Of a DNA stretch of 47,532 nucleotides, positions 8,908 through 17,736 are shown in pieces. Position numbers and translations under genes: made by a program. The stretch comes from Planctomycetota bacterium (GTDB taxonomy: Bacteria; Planctomycetota; GCA-002687715; DRQF01), in the NCBI GenBank assembly GCA_036479435.1, contig JAZGFI010000224.1, forward strand, positions 1 to 47,532. Reading direction: 5' to 3'. Position 1 is the first letter of the stretch; every line of letters starts with the position of its first letter. A model generated the notes under the pieces. The model did no database searches and was not told where the DNA came from. It worked only from the letters and a program-made list of their open reading frames with translations.

Positions 8908-10617
8908 ATGACTCGCCAGTTTACGATCCCAGGGATGACCACCGCCGCCTTGTCGGCCGTGCTCATCGCCGGATTCTTTGCGCCCATGACCTTTGCGCAA
9001 GGCACTCGGACCGAAGTCACGAGTACCCCGCTTCACCTCGTCATGAACGGATCTGTCGCCAAGACCGATCAGAACGAAACGGATTTCGAAACCGTTGATA
9101 TTGACCTCGACGGCGACCTCGACGTCGTGGTCGGTCGCAAGACGCCTTTCACCTCATCGGTTGTCGGCCTCCCCAATGTCTTGTTGATCAACGACGGCGC
9201 GGGTCACCTCACGGACGAAACGGCTACCTACACCAACTGGAATGCGGTCATCGACCGCACCCGTGAAGTGAAGCACGCCGACATGAACAACGACGGCTGG
9301 CCGGACATCATTTTCTTCAACACCGAAAACGAATCGACCGCCATCAACTTGAACCTCGGCAACGATGCCCAAGGCAACTGGTTGGGAATGGCGAGCACCT
9401 CAACTTTGCTCGGTGCTACAAACGGCAACTTCAACTTTTGCGGCGGCACGGCTTTCGACTACAACCTCGACGGCTTCATGGATCTTTACCGCGTCAACTA
9501 CAGCAGTGGCAGCGTCCCCTCTTCCGCGGGCGACGACCTCATGCGTCAAGACCCCTTGAACCCCATGACCTTCATCGCCACCAACTCGGCCATCGCGCCA
9601 TTTTCAGGTGGCGCCTTGTTCACGCAGCAGCAGAGCTTTGGAACCCGCGCCCAATCTAGGATGCGCGATGGTTCTATCATGGATCTCAATGGCGACGGAT
9701 TCGTCGATCTTAAAATCGCCGGATCGGGACGTTCGGCCGCAACTTTCTCGGACGGAATGGGCGGCTTTTTCGGTTCGAAGAACTTGAGCGACGTCGGCAC
9801 AAGCTACGACTCCGTGGCGGCGGACTTTGACAACGACGGCCTCCCCGACATCATCAAGATTCGTGACGGCAACGACATCTTCACCAAGAACATGGGCGTC
9901 GCCCCCGACGGCACGATCCTCGAAGGCGCTTCCGAAGTGTTGGGAGCAGGCTCGGTTTCGGGCGGTTTTGGTGCCAACCCCAGCGTTTGCGATTTCGACG
10001 GTGACGGCCTCCTCGACGTTTTCGTCTGCCCCGTCGACGTCGATATCCCGAACTGCGGCAACGGTATCACCACGAAACTCTTCATGAACACCGGCGCTTC
10101 TCCGGGTCGATTCGTGGTATCCACCACTTTTACTCTTCCCGATTCGGTCTTCGACATGGCCACCGAAGACTTTGACGGTGACGGCCTCCCCGACGTGCTT
10201 CTTTCGGGCTGCAACGGAACCGGTTGGCACTACTACGTCTCCGACCCCAATGCCCAAGCCGGCGGAGACTTCGAAGTGGTCTTCATCCCCGCTGGCGCAG
10301 GTCTTGATCTGACCATCCGCAACATTCCGGTGCACAGCGGCAACTTCCGTACGCTCTACAACCTCATCTCCTTGGATCTGACCCAGCCCATCGGCAGCGG
10401 CCCGATCTTAGGAATGCCCGGCGATGTTGTCGGCCAGTTCAACGTGGGTCCTCCCTTCAAGACCTTCTTGGCCCCGAACGTGGACGAGTACGTGTTCTTC
10501 ATCCCGCCTGTCGTCGCCGCCCTGGGGCTTGACGTCCGCACCATGTCGATCGCGATCGATGCTGGCACGGGCAACATCGACCTCACGGAGATCACCGACA
10601 CACTCGCGAATCCCTAG
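8908..10617 (+). CDS. Secreted FG-GAP/VCBS-repeat beta-propeller protein (paralogue 1)
   Basis: Signal peptide ending TFA-Q. About 7 DxDxDGxxD motifs (e.g. DIDLDGDLD, DMNNDGWPD, DFDGDGLLD). GGAGG RBS. Confidence 0.88.
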   Translation: MTRQFTIPGMTTAALSAVLIAGFFAPMTFAQGTRTEVTSTPLHLVMNGSVAKTDQNETDFETVDIDLDGDLDVVVGRKTPFTSSVVGLPNVLLINDGAGHLTDETATYTNWNAVIDRTREVKHADMNNDGWPDIIFFNTENESTAINLNLGNDAQGNWLGMASTSTLLGATNGNFNFCGGTAFDYNLDGFMDLYRVNYSSGSVPSSAGDDLMRQDPLNPMTFIATNSAIAPFSGGALFTQQQSFGTRAQSRMRDGSIMDLNGDGFVDLKIAGSGRSAATFSDGMGGFFGSKNLSDVGTSYDSVAADFDNDGLPDIIKIRDGNDIFTKNMGVAPDGTILEGASEVLGAGSVSGGFGANPSVCDFDGDGLLDVFVCPVDVDIPNCGNGITTKLFMNTGASPGRFVVSTTFTLPDSVFDMATEDFDGDGLPDVLLSGCNGTGWHYYVSDPNAQAGGDFEVVFIPAGAGLDLTIRNIPVHSGNFRTLYNLISLDLTQPIGSGPILGMPGDVVGQFNVGPPFKTFLAPNVDEYVFFIPPVVAALGLDVRTMSIAIDAGTGNIDLTEITDTLANP

Positions 10618-10638
10618 GTCGAGTTCGCCAACTAAATT

Positions 10639-11094
10639 TTGTTTCAGAGCAGGCCCCGCGTTTTCGCGCGGGTCTTTTTGCTTTTGGAAAAGCTCGGCCG
10701 ACGCGACGACTTGGTCTTGGGCCTTTTGACCGGCAACTATGAGTTCAGTGGTCGCATGAAGCTCAAAGCCTGCGGCGTCAAGAATGCTGCGTTTACACTC
10801 GGCGCCTTTGGGGAGGACGCTTCATTTCCTCACCCCCATCGCCGAAATCTGCCGCCAGTAGCGCAGCGGCGCTTCGAACTCAGCTTCGGTCATGCGGCTG
10901 AGAACACCATCATCATTGGTGACACGCCACACGACGTCGATTGCGCTCATGCCCATGGCTTGCCGGCTCTTGGGGTCGCCACCGGCACCGCGAGCTTGGA
11001 AGAGCTAAAGGCCGCTGGCGCGGACTTGGCGATCGAGGACCTTAGCGACGTAAACTCCGTCTTCGATTGGATCGCTAACGCTTCTCGAAGATAA
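10639..11094 (+). pseudogene. HAD-superfamily (phosphoglycolate phosphatase-like) hydrolase lacking its N-terminus
   Basis: Motif II (LLTGN) and motif IV (IIIGDTPHDV) are present. Motif I DxDGT is absent, with an in-frame TAA at 10633-10635 and no RBS. Confidence 0.75.
10651..10679 (+). terminator. Rho-independent terminator after FG-GAP gene 1
   Basis: aggccc-cgcg-tttt-cgcg-c-gggtct stem-loop followed by a T run. Confidence 0.6.
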
Positions 11095-12946
11095 CGAAGC
11101 GACCGTTTTGGCTGTCGTTTTCGAAGCCGAACTTGCCCAGAAAATCCATGCCCAGCAAACCGCGCTGACCCGTACCCGGCAAGTCGCCGACGATGACGCT
11201 GATGTTGGCGACTTGGAGCGCACCCACGCCAAGGCTCGATACCGGTGTGTAGGGCAAGCGGCGCTCATTTCCTGCGGTTTGCACTCGAACGTGTGGCACG
11301 CGATTGCTGAGGTCCAACCCGGCACGGCGGCCGAGAATCTCGGGAACAAAACTCGAGGTGGCCCCGGTGTCGATGATGAACTCTCCACGGAAGCGGCCAT
11401 TGATCGTGACTTCGGCGATGATGGATCTGGAACCTGGGCGGTAGTCGATGACAACCTTGCCGGGGCCCTCCGCGAAACGGTAGGCCCGTTTGGCTTTTTC
11501 ATTCAGTTCATCAGCACGAGCGGGATCAAGGGCGAGAGCGTCTTCGAAGGCGGCTGCCGCGGTGGCGTAGTCGCGCACTTTGAGCAAAAGATCACCGTAG
11601 AGGGCCCACATCACCGCGTCCCCATTGACCTCTCTTCGCGCTTCTTCTAAGACCGCCAAGGCATCTTCAAGTCGCCCTTTGGCGACGAGCGCATCGGCCC
11701 ATCGACGGTAGACGCCGGTCTTCGCGACGTCCAAGTTCCCGACCCGTTGTGAATTTAACGACCAGGCCGTGCTGAAGGCCTCGAGGGCACGGCGGTATTC
11801 GGCGTGGGCCAAGGCGGTGTCAGCGAGGTCCAAAAGAAAGCTGACGTCGTCGGGGAAATCAAGGAGCGCGTCGTCGAGGGCTAGCAGTCTTCGAACCCGG
11901 CGGGTGCGGGGGATGTCGTCGAGAATGCCCGCGTGGGCGGCGAGCCAGCCTTTGTCGTGGCGCGGACGCCAACTCGTATCAAGCCGAAGCGCGCGTCGAA
12001 AAGCCTCGATCGCGTCTTCGTAACGACGCTCGGCAAGGGCTTTCGTTGCTCGCGCCAACAAGGCGGCAACACTGCCCTCGTAAAACTGGCGCTGGTAGTC
12101 GCCGAGGCTGAGGTCAATTCTCTCGCCCACTTCGAGCAAATCGGCGGTGATGCCAAAGGCGGCGCGACGCGCCTTGGCTGGCTCGCCAACCCGCAGAGCC
12201 GGAATGAGGCCGCACACGCGCCCGTCTTTTTTACGGATGACCACCGCACCAACGGCGGCGGCAGCACCGTCGAGATCGAAGGCGGTCCGGCGCCGTAGGT
12301 ATTGGCTCGGCCCTTCGACGCGACCAGAGCGGCGATCCAGAGCAGACGATTCTGGCTCGGTCCACGACAAAAGCCACACGCGTTCGCCAGCAGCAGCGAG
12401 CTTGGTCACCGGCTCAAGATATTTCGCCGCGTCTCCTTCCAAAGTCAAAAGAGCCAACTCCGTCCCCGGCAGTCGTGAGTACACCCGCTGCACCGCGTTA
12501 TCGGGTCCCCTAAATCCCAGCGCCCGCGCCGAGTAGGCGCCAGAGAGAAAATGCAAAGGCACGAGAATTCTGCAGGGTGCTCGGCCCAGCAAGACTGCGG
12601 GCGCCTTGCCGATCTTGTCGCCATTCGAGCCGAAAAACTCGACGCGGCCGATCAGGCCAGAAAACTCACGGCGGTCCAATGGGCCCTTGGAGTCGGAATC
12701 CGAGCTCCCAGGGGTCGCTAAATCTCGGTCAGCGACTCGGTCATCCACGGGGAGACTTTTTGCTTCAAATCTGCCCTCCTCAGCGAACGCCTTCGTCCTA
12801 TCTTGAGGCCCAGACTTCAGTTCTAAAAGATCCGGACCCACACTATCCTTCGTCGCCGCCAAGTCTTTCCAACACCAACCCAGCGGGAAACCCAGGATTA
12901 GGGCCCCAGCGATGAAAACCAGCAGGTGAGAGACGACGGAACGCAT
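11075..12946 (-). CDS. Membrane-anchored TPR protein with C-terminal retropepsin-like (clan AA) aspartic protease
   Basis: N-terminal TM segment, Ala/Leu-rich TPR helices, FIIDTGATSS and LLGMDFL motifs. Confidence 0.85.
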   Translation of the reverse strand: MRSVVSHLLVFIAGALILGFPLGWCWKDLAATKDSVGPDLLELKSGPQDRTKAFAEEGRFEAKSLPVDDRVADRDLATPGSSDSDSKGPLDRREFSGLIGRVEFFGSNGDKIGKAPAVLLGRAPCRILVPLHFLSGAYSARALGFRGPDNAVQRVYSRLPGTELALLTLEGDAAKYLEPVTKLAAAGERVWLLSWTEPESSALDRRSGRVEGPSQYLRRRTAFDLDGAAAAVGAVVIRKKDGRVCGLIPALRVGEPAKARRAAFGITADLLEVGERIDLSLGDYQRQFYEGSVAALLARATKALAERRYEDAIEAFRRALRLDTSWRPRHDKGWLAAHAGILDDIPRTRRVRRLLALDDALLDFPDDVSFLLDLADTALAHAEYRRALEAFSTAWSLNSQRVGNLDVAKTGVYRRWADALVAKGRLEDALAVLEEARREVNGDAVMWALYGDLLLKVRDYATAAAAFEDALALDPARADELNEKAKRAYRFAEGPGKVVIDYRPGSRSIIAEVTINGRFRGEFIIDTGATSSFVPEILGRRAGLDLSNRVPHVRVQTAGNERRLPYTPVSSLGVGALQVANISVIVGDLPGTGQRGLLGMDFLGKFGFENDSQNGRFVIFEKR

Positions 12947-13061
12947 GACAATCCAAATCTCAGAAAAGAACTGGGGTCCCCGAGCGGCACAAAGCCGGTC
13001 AGACCGCCCGTTAAGGACAACATAACGCCTCGGGAGTATCCCCGGTCCTAATTGGATTCTT

Positions 13062-13090
13062 TTGACTTATGGGGACCCAAGCGACACAAT
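13062..13090 (+). promoter_or_regulatory. Putative sigma70 promoter of FG-GAP gene 2
   Basis: TTGACT-N17-CACAAT. Confidence 0.5.
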
Positions 13091-13272
13091 ATTGGGGTTG
13101 CTGGCTGGGTCCATAGGGCCAGCCGACCATCACCCACACAATGCCCGTTATTGGGAATGAGGTTCGGCGTCCCCTTGGGGAGCGAACCTCCAACTCTGCT
13201 CTGATGCTGCTGAGATAAGATCGCAGCGTAGCGGATCGAATGAAACACCTGTTAGGGACTGGAGTTCAGCAA

Positions 13273-15006
13273 ATGGCAAAATTCAGGATGGCGCGCTTCG
13301 CGATCGCCTTGATCGCCTTCGGAATGTTTGCGTCCTTCGCGGCCGCACAAGTGACGAGGACGGACGTGACCAACACGCCCAACCACCTCACCATGAATGG
13401 CCTCATGGCGAAAACGGATGGCAACGAAACGGACTTCCTTTCGGTTGACATCGACATGGATGGTGACAAAGACGTCATCATCGCACGCAAGACGCCGTTT
13501 ACGTCGAGCGTCAATCCCCTTCCCAACGTGCTGTTGATCAACGACGGCGCCGGTCACATGACCGACGAAACCGCCAACCTTACTCAGTTCAACGCCAATG
13601 TTGACCGCAGCCGCGAAGTTCTTTCCGGCGACCTCAACAACGATGGCTGGCCCGATGTGATCGTCTTCAACACTGAAAACGAACCCACCAAGATCTACTA
13701 CAACCTTGGCAACAATGCCCAAGGCATTTGGCTGGGGCTCGGTGTAGCTACCAACATCGGTTCAACCGGGAACTTCAACTTCTGCTCCGGCGCGCTTCTC
13801 GACTACAACGTCGACGGCTGGTTGGACATCTACCGCGTTGATTACTCAAGTGGAGCTAACCCCTCTGCGCATGGCGACGACCTTTTGGAGCAAAGCTCCG
13901 CGACGCCCGGCACCTTCAGCAACGTCATTAGCCTCATTCCGGCGATGGTCAACCCTCAAGGTGCTACGGGAATCTTCCCCTTTGAAGGTAACCAGGTCAT
14001 GGCTACTGACATGAATTTCGGGGCACGCGCTCAGGCAAGACTCAGCGACGGCTCGATGCTTGACATCAATATGGATGGCAACGTCGACATCTTCGTCTCC
14101 GGTCGCGAGAAAACCCGCGCCACCTACTCGGACGGCATGGGCGGCTTTTTGATCTCCCAGGAGTTCTCCTCCGTCAGTGGCAACACCTACGACGGCAGCA
14201 TGCGCGACATCAACAACGATGGTCGCCCCGACGTCATGAAGGTCGAAGACGGCTTTGACGGCTGGAGCGCCAACCTGAGTACGCTCCCTGACGGCTCGAT
14301 TGTCGAATCCGCCAACGAAGTGGTTGGTGCGGGATCGTCGTCGAACGGCTTCGGCGCCAACTCAAAACTCGTTGATTGGGATGGCGATGGCAACGTGGAC
14401 GTCTTCGTCTTCGACGTCGACATCGATATTTCCAACTGTGGCTTCGTGCAGGGCGCCAAGCTCTTCCTCGGTGACCCCGCGGGCTCGCGCTACTTCACCC
14501 AAAACACCGCCCTCAACATGGGCGCAGGCATCTTTGACGCCGCGATCGACGATTTCGATGGCGACGGCATCCTCGACTTCCTCGGTTCGGACGGTTGCGG
14601 TGGCTCACAAGGCATCCGCTACTTCGTCTCCGACCCCAATGCGCTGGCCGATGTCTTCGAATCGGAGTTCGTGCCCAACGGCGCCGGCCTCGACTTCAAC
14701 GTCAGCAACGTTCCGGTCCATAGCGGCAACTTCCGTCGCCTCTACAACCTCTTCTCGCTGGACTTAAGCCAGCCGCTTGGCGCCGGGCCCATCTTGGGCA
14801 TGCCCAGGGATATCATCGGCCAGTTCGCTGCGGGCGCGCCCTTTAACAACGTCATCGGGATCAACCAGACGAGCTTCAGCTTCTTCATCCCGCCGGTCGT
14901 CGTGAACCTCGGACTTGACGTCCGCACGATGTCCATCGCCGTCGATCCGGGTCTTGGCATCGTCGATCTCACCGAGATCTACGACGAGATTAGCCCGAAT
15001 CCCTAA
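13273..15006 (+). CDS. Secreted FG-GAP/VCBS-repeat protein (paralogue 2)
   Basis: GGAG RBS 8 nt before ATG 13273. Signal peptide ending AAA-Q. DxDxDG repeats. Collinear with 8908-10617 over its whole length. Confidence 0.88.
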   Translation: MAKFRMARFAIALIAFGMFASFAAAQVTRTDVTNTPNHLTMNGLMAKTDGNETDFLSVDIDMDGDKDVIIARKTPFTSSVNPLPNVLLINDGAGHMTDETANLTQFNANVDRSREVLSGDLNNDGWPDVIVFNTENEPTKIYYNLGNNAQGIWLGLGVATNIGSTGNFNFCSGALLDYNVDGWLDIYRVDYSSGANPSAHGDDLLEQSSATPGTFSNVISLIPAMVNPQGATGIFPFEGNQVMATDMNFGARAQARLSDGSMLDINMDGNVDIFVSGREKTRATYSDGMGGFLISQEFSSVSGNTYDGSMRDINNDGRPDVMKVEDGFDGWSANLSTLPDGSIVESANEVVGAGSSSNGFGANSKLVDWDGDGNVDVFVFDVDIDISNCGFVQGAKLFLGDPAGSRYFTQNTALNMGAGIFDAAIDDFDGDGILDFLGSDGCGGSQGIRYFVSDPNALADVFESEFVPNGAGLDFNVSNVPVHSGNFRRLYNLFSLDLSQPLGAGPILGMPRDIIGQFAAGAPFNNVIGINQTSFSFFIPPVVVNLGLDVRTMSIAVDPGLGIVDLTEIYDEISPNP

Positions 15007-15031
15007 GACGAGCGGGAATCATCCCAAACGC

Positions 15032-15066
15032 AAAGCGCCCATTCTCATCGGAGAGTGGGCGCTTTT
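15032..15066. terminator. Bidirectional intrinsic terminator between convergent genes
   Basis: aaagcgcccattctc-atcg-gagagtgggcgctttt. Confidence 0.8.
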
Positions 15067-15098
15067 CTTATCTCGGCCAAAAGGGACTTATCCCTATC

Positions 15099-15803
15099 TT
15101 ATTCTTGGTCGGGCTCCGAGATCTCCGTGAGGTAATCACAGACGGTGCGCGTCAAAAACTCATAGCTCGCCGTCAAGCCGGACGTCAAAGGGTCGAGGTC
15201 GACCTGCTGGATCGGTGCCGTCGCCACTCGCGTTGCCTCAAGAAACAAAGATCGCGGATCGCGCCCAAAAGACTCGACCCGAATATTGTGGACCGCCGGA
15301 TCAAGCGGCGGGTTCGCCGGAAAAGCCAGCCTGAAACCCAGCAGGTTTGGTTCGCGCCCAAAAGCCGATTCTTCGAACTTTGGAGCGCCCAGCAAACCAG
15401 CCAGAAAAGCGCGGCTGTCACCCTGCCCCCTCACGCTGACGAGGCAGCGCATCGTGGATTGGAGCACCGAAAACTGGGGGATTTTCAATTCATCCATGGA
15501 AATCTCGACGATCTTGCGAGCCCTTTCCAACCAGTCATCGAAGCCGACGCGTGGCCATTCGTCGCGGATTTGCAAACGATCCGGAAAAAAGGCCAAACTT
15601 GTGTGGGAAGTCTCACCTGATTCGCTCTGACCAAAGACAGTGGACATCTGAGCCCCACCGTTTTGTTGATTAAAATTTTGATAATTGAGACCGCTCTCTT
15701 TAGCCAACCGTCCGTAGAGGGACTGCAAAGCCTCAGAGCTGAACCGCAGCTGAGGCTGCACAAGTTCGCAAATAAAAGCAATCGACCGAGGGTCGCTGAG
15801 CAT
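15099..15803 (-). CDS. Hypothetical cytoplasmic protein (weak resemblance to TIGR04255-like proteins)
   Basis: Globular alpha/beta composition. Start assumed at MLSDPRSIAF (ORF is open from 15842). Confidence 0.65.
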   Translation of the reverse strand: MLSDPRSIAFICELVQPQLRFSSEALQSLYGRLAKESGLNYQNFNQQNGGAQMSTVFGQSESGETSHTSLAFFPDRLQIRDEWPRVGFDDWLERARKIVEISMDELKIPQFSVLQSTMRCLVSVRGQGDSRAFLAGLLGAPKFEESAFGREPNLLGFRLAFPANPPLDPAVHNIRVESFGRDPRSLFLEATRVATAPIQQVDLDPLTSGLTASYEFLTRTVCDYLTEISEPDQE

Positions 15804-15829
15804 GGAAGGCCGGGCCCTTTCCGCGGGAT

Positions 15830-17719
15830 GTGGTGGCGGCAAGTCCGAAAGGACGAACCGCAGCTCGGAGTAAAATGGGAATCATCCAGGCTGTGATTAC
15901 TGTATCCGCGTTGGGCGGAAGGGAAAACCGACCCTCATGCCACTTTGTTTGGGTCGCCTTGGCGCTCATCGTCGTGTCCTGCGGTGGCGGCGAAAGCGCC
16001 TTCAGGGTTGACTCTATCGAACCCGCCACCGGCAAGATCGCCCAAAACGAGCCCATTGTCATCGGCTTTAGCGCCGAGATCGCGCCCGATGCGTTTTTGA
16101 CCTCATTGGTGACCCTTCACGATTCCAAGGGTCGACCGATCCCCTACTCCCCTCAGATCAGCGGGCGCAGCCTTTTGTTGCGACCGCGAAGCAAACTTTC
16201 TTGGCCCCTTAACGCCGAGATGGAATTGGTCATCCAAAAAGGCTGGGCTCTTTCTTTGGAGAGTGTTGATGGCCGAACCTTCGACACGGAGTACCGCACT
16301 CGGCTCACGGTCGAGGCTCGCTATCGAGACTATGGTGACCCCTTTGAATTGGTCGAAGTTATCCACCCCCGCAGTGGCCGCCTCGGCCCAGGGACGGCTT
16401 TGGTCTTGAATTTTAGCCTTCCTGTCGATCCGACCTCGGTGGCAAAGGCCTTTAGGATCAAAGACCATCAAGGTGGTGAGGGCTGGGCCAAAGTCGAGTG
16501 TCAAGACGACGGGCGCAAAATACTGGTGTACCCTCACGCCGTTGGTGGCGGGCTCAATCCACAACAACACTACGAGCTCATCGTCGACAAGACGGCTCTG
16601 CGTTCTTTGACCGGCCGAAGCCTCGACCGACTTCAGGAGTTGATTTCTTTTTGGAGTTCGCCGGTAACGGCACAGCAAGAAGGCGTGGTCGAATTCGAAT
16701 TCAAGTTGGAGAATAGTTCCGGTGAAAATAAATCCCGTTGGGCCCGGCCGATCTCCTCTCCGTTTCGAACCGTGCGGCTAAATCGAGAGTACACCGACTT
16801 CTCCCGCGAAAAAGAACGACACTTGTCGGCACAACCTTTTTCAAGGCTACCGTCGCGACTGCAGGTGCTACTGGCCGGGAAATTCCTCGGCGACGAGCCC
16901 GGCCTCATCACCGGGCTGTCGTGGTTTGCGACGGAACTGCCCACCTTTGATCTCATTTTTCCTCGCATCATCTTGGAGATCGGCTACGCCGCCCAAAGGG
17001 TCGGTCAGCCTGGACTCAGTACCTTCTTCGACGACAATTTCGCCGAAGTCGATGCGTCAACGATGGGATCGGCGCGGCTCCGTACCGTCCCCTTCGGATC
17101 GGAAGAGGGCGAATGGATGCCGTCTTTTGCCCACGCCAAGATAAATTCAGATGGTCGCGGCCAAGGCTGGATCTCCCTGCGCTTTGACCGGCCTTTTTAT
17201 TACGGCGGGGCCTCAAGAGACCTTATTCTCGACATCGACAACCTGGGTGGCTGTTTCCCTCTGGACCCGTCTGGACTCCTGCCGGACGATTTTGAGGGCC
17301 TTTTTTGGGCGGGAGGCCGTCCGGCGACGTCCGGCCAGTTCTCGTCTTTGAGCGCCTCAAGCGGGATGCTGGAGGGAATCGCCGACAAAACCGTTTTTGC
17401 GACGAAAATCGAGATTGAACGCTACGAGGAGTTCGTGACCCTCTGGGTGCCGGTTCCCGCAGAACGCCCCTCCTTTTTCCAGTTGCCGAGTTCCGGCTCA
17501 TTGGACACGGACGGCGTCTCGGGAGTCGACTTCGAATTCGAGTTTCAGGGTAAGCGGTCAGACGGTAAGCTGACGCCCTGGGGACAGTTGGGGACCTTGG
17601 CCGGATGCCGTACTATCCGGGCAAAGCTGAAGTTCTTACCTCTGGCGGGTCGATATGCGAATCGTCCTCCGGAAGTTCGACGCCTTCGGGTCCGATACAA
17701 AGATACGTCCAGGCCTTGA
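15830..17719 (+). CDS. Ig-like (Big_5/SbsA-type) domain lipoprotein
   Basis: Lipobox-like IVVSC-GGG. Two Big_5-like segments (IVIGFSAEIAP, LVLNFSLPVDPTSV). True start probably downstream of 15830. Confidence 0.72.
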   Translation: MVAASPKGRTAARSKMGIIQAVITVSALGGRENRPSCHFVWVALALIVVSCGGGESAFRVDSIEPATGKIAQNEPIVIGFSAEIAPDAFLTSLVTLHDSKGRPIPYSPQISGRSLLLRPRSKLSWPLNAEMELVIQKGWALSLESVDGRTFDTEYRTRLTVEARYRDYGDPFELVEVIHPRSGRLGPGTALVLNFSLPVDPTSVAKAFRIKDHQGGEGWAKVECQDDGRKILVYPHAVGGGLNPQQHYELIVDKTALRSLTGRSLDRLQELISFWSSPVTAQQEGVVEFEFKLENSSGENKSRWARPISSPFRTVRLNREYTDFSREKERHLSAQPFSRLPSRLQVLLAGKFLGDEPGLITGLSWFATELPTFDLIFPRIILEIGYAAQRVGQPGLSTFFDDNFAEVDASTMGSARLRTVPFGSEEGEWMPSFAHAKINSDGRGQGWISLRFDRPFYYGGASRDLILDIDNLGGCFPLDPSGLLPDDFEGLFWAGGRPATSGQFSSLSASSGMLEGIADKTVFATKIEIERYEEFVTLWVPVPAERPSFFQLPSSGSLDTDGVSGVDFEFEFQGKRSDGKLTPWGQLGTLAGCRTIRAKLKFLPLAGRYANRPPEVRRLRVRYKDTSRP

Positions 17720-17736
17720 CACCACGCGGGAGCGCG

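Noticed and set aside
8908..15006. Diversity-generating retroelement TR/VR pair between the FG-GAP paralogues
   Set aside because: Divergence is spread over the whole gene, is not adenine-specific, and no reverse transcriptase is present.
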